From: Eledone cirrhosa
Lineage: Eukaryota
DNA: 64,000 nt
NCBI GenBank assembly: GCA_964016885.1
Contig: OZ024741.1
Coordinates: forward strand, 63,798,001-63,862,000
Direction: 5' to 3'
A program made the translations under genes and the position numbers. Each line of letters begins with the position of its first letter. Position 1 is the first letter of the stretch. The notes beneath the pieces were generated by a model. The model was not told the origin of the DNA, made no database searches, and worked only from the letters and a program-made list of their open reading frames with translations. Positions 28,554-42,053 of this stretch are shown piece by piece.

Positions 28554-29429
28554 AAATTAATCCGATATACGTGTTGGGTTTATGGCTTTTGTTAGTGAAG
28601 AGGGAACAATACAGACTTTTCACATAAAATTCATTAAGGTGTGTAAAGGTAATCTAATAGCCGTACTGAATTTGGCACTGTGGAAAAGAGAATTTATGCT
28701 TATTATGTCTTTTTACGATCCGAAATTAGGTGTGTAGCTGTAATTTGATATTGTCTTTTGTTGACTAATTTGTGGTTGTTGTAGTTGTTAGCAAAGTACG
28801 TTTACACTAAAGTGAAAATGTTATTAACATGGATTGTGTGGCCATTAGTGCTGATAGGGTATTACAACATAGCCTTTCATATTCGAAATGTTTGTATTGG
28901 GTTTGGTTTGCTGGTGTTATTATATATATAACAGATATTATATGTTAAGCCACACATCGTTGTAGTATTGGAATGCGTATTTAAATAAAGATGATTTGCC
29001 TGATAACAGATCTGTCAACTCACCCCGTCCGACGGAGAGATCTCCCACCCACTTTAGGATGGTTGAGAGATGTCTCCTCTTTTGAAAATGGATATAGCTT
29101 TCATTATGTAAAATCTCCACATTTTATCTCATTTCTTCCCGTTTTGGGGGCACCTTTTTTCATGGTACTCCCCGTTTGGGATTTTAGAGGTTGGCAGGTC
29201 TGTGATAAACGTATGCTAGAATGAGGCTATGTTGTTGATGAGTTGCTTAAGGTATTGTAGTTTTTCAGTACGTTTACAAAATGACTGATAATTGCTGTTG
29301 TCTAAATTAGCGGTTAATTTTATTCTCAGGTTAAACTCTACATTAGTGGAGTTGTTTTCTAAAAGTATCTAATTAGTGACCATCAATGTTCTGTGGTATT
29401 ACAAGTCCATCATCGTGAGACAGGGTATA

Positions 29430-30570
29430 TTGTAAATCGCTTAATTTTAAATGAAGAATATGTAAAATGTAGACGACTGTTACATCACAGAATACCACAG
29501 GACAGAAATTTGGAGAAACAGTGACGTTGACTACATCTACTTGAAAGCTAAACAGCGGGGCAGAAGCTTAACATGAGTTTAAACAACATCTAAGTGTCAC
29601 ATCATATCCCTCCGACATCTACAAAGCAGTAAGCGCAGAAGCCCAACTATAGAATAAATCTGTCTACATGAGATAGATTACATTATCAGGGTTTGAAAGG
29701 AGCTTCTTCCTAAATACTCCTTGTATGATAACCAAAAGGTCACACACAGGGAAATTGCACAGCAATACACCAATGAGTCTATAGATAAAAATCTGCATGC
29801 TTATCAGCAAACAATCATGCTTGGCTTTGGTGCCAGAAAGCTTCAGAATAAATGTAATATAGATAAGCAAAGCTGTCAATGTTCGGCCAACAACCAGGAT
29901 ATACTTTTGCAATCTGAGAAAAGGAAATAACGAAATTTCTAATTCACAAAAAAGATAGGGATGCAGGCAAAACACCTAAATGTGAAAACAGAAAGAGAAT
30001 TTGCAGAATAAACCATTAAGATGTCACATACGCAACATAAGCAGCTGTCTAAAAATGATATCACGATACTAACTACGTATGAGACATGCTGTAGTGATAA
30101 AAACACTATACAAAACGCTCTGTAGAAAGGATAGCCCTGAGAATATACATATAAATAGTTACAGTGATATAGGGAACATATACATACATAATATGAAAGA
30201 GTGCAGGTGGAATGTTCCAGTCAAAACCCCAACAAAATAAAAACAAAACATGATATGAGACGGAGAAAAGGAAGTATGTACACTAGTGGAAATTAGCTGT
30301 CCACCAGATGTCAATATAATGCTAAAGATGAGCGAAAAGGAAAACATTTATGCAGAACTAAAGAAGAATCTGCAGATACTCCACTCTGGCTATTCTTGTA
30401 CTTTTAGATTTATACTGTGATAATTGGGGTTCTAGGATACTAACTGCCCCCGTACAAATCTTGAGAAGCTGGGCTTCACAGAACCAGAAAGGACAAGGCT
30501 AGTTAGGAAGTTGCAAGTACAGTCCATTACTGGAACTGTAGAATAAACAAAGCACTTCATAAATTCAGCA
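29430..30570 (+). mobile_element. R4/Dong-like non-LTR retrotransposon C-terminus (RLE), decayed
   Basis: KEVCTLVEISCPPDVNIMLKMSEKENIYAEL...VIIGVLGY...LVRKLQVQSITGTVE, matching the R4-type RLE tail. Confidence 0.65.
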
Positions 30571-30580
30571 TGTAATAACA

Positions 30581-30628
<48 letters not shown>

Positions 30629-30882
30629 TGTAAACATGTTGACTAATCGAGGTTTCGTACGCAACGCACCGATCAGTGAATAATGATCTAATTCGAATTA
30701 AGCACTCAAACTCATTTATTTTCTTTAGGTTAGATTGCCTCGGAAACGTAAGATGTTGACTGGTGATATCCCGTGACGGATCATCTGATTGAACTATCAC
30801 TTAGATACGATCAGCATTGAAATATGTACCACAGCTTTGGTAATAAATTACTTTTTAACATCTACACTGAACTTCGCATTTT

Positions 30883-30930
<48 letters not shown>

Positions 30931-30935
<5 letters not shown>

Positions 30936-31361
30936 CAAGAGAATGAGTGAATGAAAGAGTTACAAGCCTCTAAAATATATCTTTATATAGTTCTTACACG
31001 TGTTTCGCCCAGGGGTCTCGTCGGAGGCAGATACTCATATGGCAAAGTCCTTAATTACAAACCCTGAGAAGGTATCATAATATCACATCGCTATGCATTG
31101 TGATTTTTTCCCCATAGCTGGTATTGGTAATAAGTAATGCAGTAAACTTTCTACTGAGCGAATTATACCCCTTTTACCGTAATTATACCTATAACATCTA
31201 AAGTCACAATGCATAGCGATGTGATATTATTATACCCCCTCAGGGTTTGTAATTAAGGACTTTGCGCCGATGAATCACTCTGGGCGAAACATGTGTAAGA
31301 GCTATAGAAAGATATGTTTTAACGGCTTGTATCTCTTTCATTCACGCATTCTTTTGCTTAT
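30931..31361. repeat. Fold-back element (arms about 170 bp) with degenerate hammerhead motifs in both arms
   Basis: 30931-31104 is inverted relative to 31204-31361; motif CCGA(C/T)GA...GGGC-GAAA-CA(C/T)GTG-TA. Confidence 0.7.
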
Positions 31362-31524
31362 TCCAGCTCTGCTTAATCTTTACACTATATATTAACTTTC
31401 TCTAATATTTAACCCTGATAACCCAAGTATTGAGCACACTATGCATCTGCTTTTGGCATGTAATATTCTGTATCACACCTCTTTATATCTCTCCTTTCTA
31501 TCCTCTCTTACGATACAATAACCC

Positions 31525-31580
<56 letters not shown>

Positions 31581-31621
31581 AAAATTAACAAAGAAGCCTT
31601 AATACATTAAAAATCTTTAAT

Positions 31622-31664
31622 TGCTGACAATGTTTCGTCCCATTAATTAGGACTCATCAGAGCA
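31622..31664 (-). ncRNA. Canonical minimal type-I hammerhead ribozyme (family F)
   Basis: Reverse complement TGCT-CTGATGA-GTCC TAATTAATG GGAC-GAAA-CATTG-TC-AGCA; textbook core, GUC triplet. Confidence 0.85.
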
Positions 31665-32363
31665 TGGAAAAAGACTAGAAATATCATCGGCTAGAACAAG
31701 TCAAAATTCAGAAGAATAGTGAATGGATATTAAGGAAAATTCAGGAAAATTGTCATGGAAAGACATGTTAAACCTAATGGGGTGCATTTGTAAATAAAGA
31801 CTATAGGGCAAGAGAGCAAGCAAACATTAAACAAACCCACGTTAAAAGTACAATATAAGTCTAATACTTGAAATACAACATAGTAATATAATGCGAGAAA
31901 TAAGATATAAAAATTATAATATAATATATAATACAATACAATGCATAATACAGAAATAAAACTGTTATATATATATATATCTACACGCACTCCGACATAT
32001 ATATATACACACGCATATACACATTTACACATACGTATATTAACACAAATATATAAATTTAAGCATTATAATAGAATAATCACACAGACGGTGTGATTAA
32101 ACAATACTAAAATCAATGAAAATAATATATTGACATTAAAAAATATATAAATACATCCTACGTACCATACATATTCAACAAAACGTGTATAAAAATATAA
32201 TGTATTCCACAGGGTAAAAAAATAATAATAATACCATACAATACAATAAAGTGTGGTGAAAAAAAAAAAATATATATATATATAAAGACAATAAATATAC
32301 GGAGATATAGGCATCTCAAAAACATATAATATTACATATCAATATTTCAATACGAGACACATG

Positions 32364-32458
<95 letters not shown>

Positions 32459-32519
32459 AAAATGTAGAGTTTAACATGAGAATAAAATTAGTCGCTATGT
32501 ATATATATATATATATCTA

Positions 32520-32965
32520 GGGCGGGTAAAATTCCCGGGATCCATGGACGAGTTCTCTCCAGCGGTCTCTGTCCCTCATTATCGCTGCCATGTCCTGCGT
32601 CTCCAAGAGACTAGTGTCTGTCCTTAGGGCATCAACATATGTTAACCTCGATCTTCATCTTCCAGTGTGTCCATGCAGGGGCTTCCACAAGAGCACTGAG
32701 TGCAGTGTCAACTCAGGATGTCGGTGAGCATGTCCAGCTAACCTCAGTCTCCTCTGTGTCACTTCGTAAAGACCTGAAGATCCGCCTCTTCGTTGCTGTA
32801 GTGGAGTCAGTGCTCCTGTACGGGTCTGAGACTTGGACACTGACCAAAAAACCCACTAAGATGGTGGATGGGTGCTACATGAGAATGCTGAGTATGGCTC
32901 TGAACATTAATCAGTATACACTGAAGATGAAGAACTCAGACTGTATGGGAGCCTCCCAAAAGTCA
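32520..32965. mobile_element. RTE LINE fragment with internal inversion
   Basis: Plus strand LKIRLFVAVVESVLLYGSETWTL (32770-32960); minus strand RRLRLAGH..RHPEL...TYVDALR...DRDRWRELV (32520-32760). Confidence 0.75.
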
Positions 32966-32966
32966 G

Positions 32967-33041
<75 letters not shown>

Positions 33042-33092
33042 AAATAAAATAAAATAAATAAGTCAAATGTTTAAAATTTGGCTTCGTTTATT

Positions 33093-33147
33093 ACTGCTAT
33101 ATATATTTCGGTGACAGCCATCTTTGGCTGTGACCACTTCAGGCAGT
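33093..33147 (-). ncRNA. Family-A hammerhead with a core mutation (CUGAAGU)
   Basis: Same as 15601 and 27262 but A9>U; lies in a rearranged copy spanning 33040-33365. Confidence 0.6.
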
Positions 33148-33392
33148 CCGAATTAGTGTGGTAGAGACGAGTACACATGTTGTTGAGGTGTATAACTTTG
33201 TCAATACTCTGATATGCCCAGTTTTTTGTTGGGTTGTTATTTCACTGAGGAACTGGAATCATATGATTCCAGCTCCTCAGTGTAACCAAACCTACCTGCG
33301 CACTTCGTCGAATGCTCCAATCTGCATCTGAGGTGTTGGTATACAACCAACATATACTCAAAATTTATATATATATATATACATATACATAT

Positions 33393-33425
<33 letters not shown>

Positions 33426-33438
33426 CATACACACACCA

Positions 33439-33493
<55 letters not shown>

Positions 33494-33508
33494 CCTACAT
33501 ATATATAT

Positions 33509-35640
33509 ACCTACGTACGTTTCGCCCAGTTGGGCTTCTCAAGGGCATAAATAACCAAGAGTGTTCCTTACATTGTTCGGAAAGAGTTTTGGGGGTTAAA
33601 TTCACGTCAAGGTTCATTGCTCGCCAAAATGGCTTGTTGTAATTTTGCACCAGGTCAAGGGAGGTAACTCTGGCCGGTGTTAGGGCAGTCTTTCCCGGAC
33701 AAAATTTTATCCGTTACGCTAGCTCTAGAAACCACCCCCCTTATAAAACGAACGTTATAGTAAGCCATACATATAACCGATCACGCGGCGACCTCGTTGA
33801 AGTCGGATATAATAGAATAGATAATCGCACTAAAGATCACGACCCCAGCGACGATGACCACTGTAGATTACTCGAACTATTCCCCTACTACAAAACCAAC
33901 AAAGGCGACGGCCTACTACCAACGCCTTCCAGCCAACATCTTCCTGTACATAAACATGGAAGAGGGAAGAAGAGTGCACCCGAGCATAAATTGAAAGGGG
34001 CACCTAACGGGCTACAGCGCATTAACATACACAAGAGCGGTCACCTAGATGGAACCAGCCGTAGCAAACGTACAAGGACACGTAATCGCCACCGTAACGT
34101 CCTATGGTCCCCCCACCCCTACTCTCGGAGTGTGGCCTCCAACATACCCAGGATATTCTTCGAAGCCTTAGAGAAGAACTTCCCGCCGAACCATAGGTAT
34201 AGAAAAATTCTTAATAGGAACAATATAAAAATATCCTTCTCTACTACTCCTAACCTAGCAGACATCATAGGAACAACGAACCACAGTAAGATCACCAAGA
34301 CACAGCACCTCGACACAGACGCACCTACACCTGACAATAATTATATCGGCCTTAACAACTCCCTAGCAGCATCCAATAGTGCTGGCAACGGCCTCCGCAG
34401 ACGCAACCAGCATAACCGCGAAATGACTGGGGAACATGAAGGACATGACGCGGGGAATAACAATCGCACCACCCTGCGTGCTGTGGGTTGTAATTGTGGT
34501 AACGACAGCTGCGGGAGCGTAGGTAACAACGTAGGCAGCAACAATGATAGCCTTACCGTGGGAAATAAATAGAACCGCGACAGAAATTGCAACTGCCGTG
34601 ACAGAGGACGCTGCCTCCTTAGAGGATACTTCTTGACTGATAGGGTTATATATAGATGCACTGTAACTAGCGACAATAGCGTTAAACATTATATAGGGGC
34701 TACCTCCAGCCCGTTCAAAATTAGGTTTCGAACACATCTCCACTCTTTCACAAATAAAAAACTAAAACACTCCACTTCGCTCGCGGACTACATCACATCA
34801 CTAAAGGACTTAAACATCAGCTTCTCCACGCACTGGGATATTGTCGGCAGGGCTGCAGCGTACAACTTCAAGAGGAAGTGCGATCTTTGCCTCATGGAGC
34901 TCTACCACATCATAACTGCACCCCACGAGCTCTTCAACAGCAGAGCTGAAACAGCGATAAGTTGAACACATCGCTTAAAAATATCCTTCTTCAGATGGGT
35001 TAAGAATGAGGAGTGAAACCGTGCACCGGATCTCCCTGCAACAAGTTTTAACACCCCGGCGGGCAGGCGCTGCAAAATAACACCCAGGAAACTAACCTTG
35101 CATACCAGACCCAGCCTCAAACGACCCAGACAAACAGATGCGGCTAACAAACGTCTCAAAATAAGCGTTGGTTACATGACCCTGTGCGTATCGGCAATGG
35201 TAAGGTTGTAACCTCATCTTGTAACGGATACAAATTTGTCCGGGACTGCCCTAACACCGGCCAGAGTTACCTCCCTTGACTTGCTGCAAAATCAAAAGAA
35301 GCTATTTTTGCGGGCAATGAACCTTGACGTGAATTTAACCCCAAAAACTCTTTCCGAGCAATGTAAGGAACACTTTTGGTTATTTATGCCCTTGAGAAGC
35401 CCAACTGGGCGAAACGTACGTAGGTGCTGTTTTAAATAAATATGTTTTAACGGTCTATTCTCCGATTTCTTACTTTTCCACGTGCTTACGCTCTGCTAAC
35501 TCTCTAGCCCACTAAATATTAACACTTCGAATATTTAATACTGCCCGCACTAGTATCGAGCACCTTTGGCATACGCTACTTGGCAAATAACTATATGTAT
35601 AACTATCCTCCCCTTTTTTCTCTCTCTCGATACGTAAATA
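33509..35640 (+). mobile_element. 5'-truncated Penelope-like element with inverted 5' pLTR
   Basis: PHPYSRSVASNI...NRNNIKISFS, CNC..RC, VIYRC...YIGATSSPFKIRFRTH...CDLC..E..FNSRAE (GIY-YIG). 33509-33700 is the reverse complement of 35236-35425. Confidence 0.85.
35388..35427 (+). ncRNA. Minimal hammerhead with U3-A8 core (family G); inverted copies at 33509-33546 and 56469-56508
   Basis: GCCC-TTGAGAA-GCCCA AC TGGGC-GAAA-CGTACG-TA-GGTGC; palindromic stem III; weak or bulged stem I. Confidence 0.65.
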
Positions 35641-35658
35641 CTGTATATATATATATAT

Positions 35659-38600
35659 CATCATCATCATCATCGTCGTCGTTTAACGTCTATCTTCCAC
35701 GCTAGCATGGGTTTAGATGGGAATTGTCCCACGTGGGGCAATATTGGTTGTTTTGCTCGTATAGGACTGTCTGGTAGGTTTTCTACGGCTGGATGCCCTT
35801 CCTGACAGCAACCACGTTTACAGTATGGACTGGGCGGTTTTTACCGTGTTACCTACACGGCCACATTACAGTGTGGACTCTGTGTTTTTTTGTCGTGATA
35901 CCTACACGACCTCATTTATATAGGACTGGATGTCGTGGTACCAACATAACTTTACAGAGAAAGGAGTGGTGTAGATGGGGGTTTATTTTTGGTTAAGAGG
36001 TACCTACTGACTGTAGGTTTCGCTTTGTACTTAGGCAAGGCGGGTCTTCTGTATTACTGCTTAGCGCCAAAGATCTCGGTCCAGTGACATTGTCTTGGAG
36101 AGGTGTAAGTGTCTAAGTTCGGAATTTATCAAATCGTCCCAGGTTTTTCTGGGTCTGCCTACTCTGTAGCTTCCATCTATTTTTATCGCCCTGCACTTTT
36201 TATACAGCTGTCGTCTTTCATGCGCATCACGTGACCATACCAACGAGTAAACAGCGTCTGATCCCTCTTATTCCTAATTTCTCACTTAGTTCATTTATGC
36301 TTTGCCGTTCACGTATATTAGTATTACACATCCAGCGGAGCATGCAAGCTTCGTTTCTCTCCAGTCTGCGCAGATCCTCGGCACACAATGTCCATGTCTC
36401 ACTGCCATGTAACATTGCTGTTCGTATGCAGACATCATACAGTCTGCCTTTCATTTTTAGAGAGAACCCTTTAGCGGCTAATAGTGGTATAAGCTCTCTG
36501 AAATTTTTCCAGCCGTTCTGACTCTAGCTACTGTACTTTCAGAGCACCCTCCACCACTGCTGATTTTGTCACCCAGGTAACGGAAGGTGTCCACTATTTC
36601 TATAGAACCATCTACCCAATGGAAGGAGCTAGTATCCTGTGGGCACTTGCTACTACTTATTACACCTGAGCACCTCCCACATATAAAATCTATGTTCTTA
36701 GTTAGCTTACCTGTGATCCCACTACATCTTTTATGCACCCATTCTTTGCATTTGGGACATAAAATGGAGTTTCTGCCTACTCCTTTCCTACACACTGAGC
36801 ATGGCCATTTCCGAGAGGGGACCAGTGCCCTATTTTCCTTAGACAAGTTAATTTTAAGGCCCTTTGATTCTAGGCCATGCTTCCAAGTTTGGAATTTCTT
36901 CTCTAGTTCAGCCATTGATTCTGCTATGAGCGTTAGATCATCTGCGTATAGAAGTTCCCATGGGCAGCCGGTCTTGAACTCCTCTGTTATAGCCTGAAGA
37001 GCAATAATAAATAGGAGCGGGCTAAGGACAGAGCTCTGAGGAACACCAACTTTTACGCTAAATTCTTCACTATATTCCTTGTTAATTCTAACCTTGCTGA
37101 CTGTTTCTTTATACATGACTTGTATAGCTCTCACAAGCCATTGATCAACACCTTGTTTTCTAAGAGCCCACCAGATAATGGAGCGGGGAACTCTGTCAAA
37201 GGCTTTCTCAAAGTCAACAAAAGCTAAGTATAGGGGTTTACTTTTAGCTAGGTACTTCTCCTGTAGTTATCGTACAAGGAAAAGAGCATCTGTAGTACTT
37301 TTACCTGACAGAAACCCAAATTACATTTCATCTAGATCAATTCGCTCTCTGATTAGTTGCGCTATAACTTTTTCTGTGACCTTCATGAACTGGTTAATTA
37401 ATTTAATGCCTCTATAGTTTCCCCTATCTAGGGCATCTCCTTTACCCTTGTAGCAGTTAATGATGGTGCTGCTACGCCAGTCATTTGGTATGACCCCATT
37501 CTGTATGACTTGGTTTACTATCCGGGTGACCATAGTGTGTCCCACCGATCCAGATGCTTTCAACATTTCAGCAACTATCTCCGAAGGCCCAGCTGCTTTC
37601 CCTGTCTTCATATCTTTGATTACCTTACTTATTATACTACCTTCAATTTGCACTGCTGGTCCCTCTATTGGGTCGATTTGGAGCAGACTATCTTTTTTCT
37701 ACTTATTCTCTTCATGTAGTAGCCTCTCGTAGTGACATTTCCAAGCTACCTTCTTGTCAGTATCAGTGATGGCAAGTATACCATCATCATTACGGACACA
37801 CTTCTCCCCGAAAATATCACGGTTTTCCTTAACACATTGTCTAGCAATCCTGAACACCTCACGTTTTTGGTCCTCGCGTTGTAGAACATGCTTGATCTTT
37901 CTTTCCTCTGCTTCTCTTCTTGCAAGGTACACTTGTCTGCTAGCTTCCCTCCTGAACACTTGATAGCGTTCTCCACTTCCCCCATCCCGCCATACTTGCC
38001 AAGCTTTATTTTTTGGCCTTGATTGACTCCTCCACCTTACTGTTCCACCACCATGTTACTCTCCTCCTGCCTATAAGTCTGCTCCAGCCACTGATTTCAT
38101 CTGTCGCCTTCAGCAGATTAACTTTCAGGAATTCCCACTCTTCCTCTATACTGTACGTCTCTAATTACTCTTCCTTACTGTAAAAAGCATCAAGTAATAT
38201 GCTTTTAAATTTGTTACTGGCTGTGGGGTCCTTTATCTTCCGTATTCTTCTCAGGGTAGTCCTCCTCTGTTGTCGAGTACGTCTCTTCCTGACTATGAGG
38301 TCACTAACTATGAGGCTATGTTGGGAGGTGCATTCTTCGCGGGGGAGGGATTTAGTGTTTACAACAGACACTTTGTCACGTCTTCTGGTAAGGATATAAT
38401 CTATCTGACTGGCGTGTTCCCCTGATCTATAGGTGATCACGTGATTGTCTGGTTTTTTTGAAGTTTGTGTTACAGATAGTTAGGTTATTTGCGTACAGAA
38501 TTCCAGGATTATGGAGCCTTCCTGTTTTCTAGTACCAAACCCGTAGCCTCCATGGATTCCACCATAGCCGTCACAATATTGTCCAACATGACAATTTAGG

Positions 38601-39149
38601 TGGCCAGCAATAATTATGTAGTCACTGTCGGTTAGTTGGGAGGTAGTGAGAATTAGTGACTCATAGAATCTGTCTTTTATAACGCCAGGCAGTCCAGATT
38701 AGGGTGCGTAAGCGGATATAATTGTCACAGTAGTTCTATTTAGGACAAGACTTATTTTGATTATTCTGTCGTTCACTCTATTTACGTCAATTACCTTATC
38801 GAGCCATTTTTCTGCTCACATAATTCCTACTCCACCCAGCCCTTTTTCATTTCCCACCCAGAAAAGTTTATAGCATCGTTTTTTACCCACAATGAATCTA
38901 GCAGACCCACCCCTCCACCTAGTCTCTTGGACGCAACAAGCATCAAGTTCCTCACGTTCAAGCATCTCTACAACCTCATTAGAGCGACCTTTAAAGTGCC
39001 TACATTCATGGTCCAACTTTGAAGTTTTGGATTTTGTTTCGTGGGTGAAAGGGATGGGTTGGAGGTGTAGGGAGGAGTGAGGGAGATGGGGTTATGTTTG
39101 CCATCCGCGTCTGAAATAAAGAGGAATCCTTGCATTTTCGTCCGGCCAC

Positions 39150-39150
<1 letters not shown>
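35659..39150 (-). mobile_element. Near-full-length RTE-clade LINE (APE endonuclease + RT with Cys/His-rich insertion), decayed
   Basis: CCVQETRW, SQIDYIL, NYRGIKL, VGVPQSSVLSPLLF, LLYADDL, WPCSVC...CPKCKEWVHKRC...CGRC, MLHGSETW, GRPRKTW; (GAT)n tail at 35659; many frameshifts. Confidence 0.93.
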
Positions 39151-39229
<79 letters not shown>

Positions 39230-39360
39230 TATATGTAGGAGGTGAGTTTTATTGTAGTACAATAAAGCAATGCAGATATCGGATAAGAAGCACTCTACAG
39301 TTTGTAGGACTGGAGTATGCATAATATAAGATCAAAAGATGGTTAAAGGAGTTCCATGTA

Positions 39361-39427
39361 TTTTATTATGCGCATTTCAAAAACAAACATCATCATGCAA
39401 TAATATTTGTGTTTTCATCAGATAAAA
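39361..39427 (-). ncRNA. Type-I hammerhead ribozyme (family H), inverted copy
   Basis: Reverse complement of 41987-42053. Confidence 0.75.
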
Positions 39428-41986
39428 CAGGAGAACATGATATGAAGGCTAAAAAACACTTGTGGATAGTGCAGTTTTAAATCAACATATGAAAAGTGGT
39501 TTTAGATTGATGTGTGATATTAGGAAAAAAAAAAAAAAAAAAATTTTATTTAGAGAGGGGGGGGGTGGAAAGGATGAAAAGGGAAGGAGATGAGAGGGAG
39601 AGGTGGGTGATAGAGAGAAAGAGATACTTTTTATAACTGAGAGGAGATATATTTTTTATATAGAGAGGTTGAAAACCGTTGGAAGATACTGTATAAATTA
39701 AAAATTTTGAAAATTAACGAAGGGAGGATATGTGCGAGGAAAAAATATTTTATTTAGGGAGGGGGGGGGATGAAAAAAAGGGGGAGGAGATGAGAGTGAA
39801 GGTGGAAAGGGAGAGATGGGTGATAGAGAGAAAGAGATAGTTTTTATAACTGAGAAAAAGATATATTGTTTTAACATAGAGAGGTTGGGAACCGTTGGAA
39901 GATAATGTATAAATTAAAGGAATTTGAAAATTAACGAAGGGAAATTATGTATGAAGATAGAGAGAAAAAAATAATAATTGTGGATGAATATTCTAACGTC
40001 AAAAAAAGAAATGTATGTATTGTGGCAATTTCAAAATTAACGAAGAGAAAAATTATTAAGGTTTGTGTGTAGAAGGATTTGAGAAAAATAATGTGAAGTT
40101 AAAGTTTGTATATTGTTCTTAATAATATTAAGGTTAACTATATTGCAATTTAGGATAGTAAAGAGTCCATCGTCACGATAAATTCCACCGCGAAGTTGAG
40201 GAATTTTCCGACTCAAAGAGTTCAAAATGAAGATACCAATTAAATCACTCAATTGGGATGAATCGGATGCTCCCATTGTGATGTCGAAGTTGTTAGAGGT
40301 ATCGGCTCGGGTCCAATATTCGTTGTTGAACTCTAGGATGGTTTTACGTGCGGTGAGGATGATGTGAAGTTCATCTGTGGTGATGTCAGAATATTTAAGT
40401 GCGAAAGATAGAGCATTATTGAGAAGTGAAGGCGAAATGGAGGAATAGTAGCTGGCAATATCAAATTGAATACATTTTAGTTTGTTTTTATTATCCAATT
40501 TGTTGAACCAGCCAATCACTTCAGAAGTACCAAACCATAAATTTAGGTTCAAAGAAGAGCAATTAGAACTAACCTGTGGGATAATTCTATCCAAGATGGT
40601 TTTACTAACAACCCCCCAGATCAGATTTAGAGGGGGCGATTAATCTAAAGCTCGTCTCTATAATCATCATTCATCTTTCAAATACAAACTTAAAAGAACT
40701 AACACTGCTCTCTCAGAACTCATATGGTCCTTAAAAGACAAAAACATTAAATATACCATCTTTTGGAAGAAGATTTCTTCTGCATCCTCATACTTGAACA
40801 GCTCTCTATCTAAAATCTGTAATCTCTGCCTAAATGAAAAATTTACCATTATCTCTAACCTAGATTCTATAATAAATAGACGCACAGATTTGTTTTCTAT
40901 CTGCCTGCATACATTCCATAGAACTTTTCACAAAGTATACAGTTAATATTCAATTCTTTATCAATTTAGAATCTTTTCTCAAAGGCACATATACATACAC
41001 CTCTTTAAAATATACCCATCTACCTTACTTTAAAGGGCATTATACACTCTATAATACTTGTTTACTCATTACCCTCATTCTATCTTCACCTTGTAAAATC
41101 ATAACATATACTTTTGTTTGTTTTTTGACGTTAGAATATTCATCCGCAATCATTATTATTTTTTCTCTCTATCATAAATCTTTTTAATCTCAATTTCATC
41201 CTTAATTTATTTTATTTTTTTTTTTTTCTCCCCATCAACGAACTCATTATTAATACATATTAACTCTTTATTCGCATATATTATCAATTCAATCAATATA
41301 CAAACTTTAACTTCACATTATTTTTCTCAGATCCTTCTACACACAAACCTTAATAATTTTTCTCTTCGTTAATTTTGAAATTGCCACAATACATACATTT
41401 CTTTTTTTGACGTTAGAATATTCATCCACAATTATTATTTTTTTCTCTCTATCTTCATACATAATTTCCCTTCGTTAATTTTCAAATTCCTTTAATTTAT
41501 ACATTATCTTCCAACGGTTCCCAACCTCCCTATGTTAAAACAATATATCTTTTTCTCAGTTATAAAAACTATCTCTTTCTCTCTATCACCCATCTCTCCC
41601 TTTCCACCTTCACTCTCATCTCCTCCCCCTTTTTTTCACCCCCCCCCCCCCTCCCTAAATAAAATATTTTTTCCTCGCACATATCCTCCCTTCGTTAATT
41701 TTCAAAATTTTTAATTTATACAGTATCTTCCAACGGTTTTCAACCTCTCTATATAAAAAATATATCTCCTCTCAGTTATAAAAAGTATCTCTTTCTCTCT
41801 ATCACCCATCTCTCCCTCTCATCTCCTTCCCTTTTCATCCTTTCCACCCCCCCCCCCTCTCTAAATAAAATTTTTTTTTTTTTTTTTATCCCAATATCAC
41901 ATATCAATCTAAAACCACTTTTCATATGTTGATTTAAAACTGCACTATCCACAAGTGTTTTTTAGCCTTCATATCATGTTCTCCTG

Positions 41987-42053
41987 TTTTATCTGATGAA
42001 AACACAAATATTATTGCATGATGATGTTTGTTTTTGAAATGCGCATAATAAAA
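41987..42053 (+). ncRNA. Type-I hammerhead ribozyme (family H)
   Basis: TTTTAT-CTGATGA-[AAACA CAAATATTATT...GATGATGTTTG TTTTT]-GAA-ATGCGCAT-A-ATAAAA; palindromic stem III. Confidence 0.75.

Noticed and set aside
28560-29340. Possible very degenerate PLE GIY-YIG on the minus strand
   Set aside because: Motifs could not be recovered reliably by eye.
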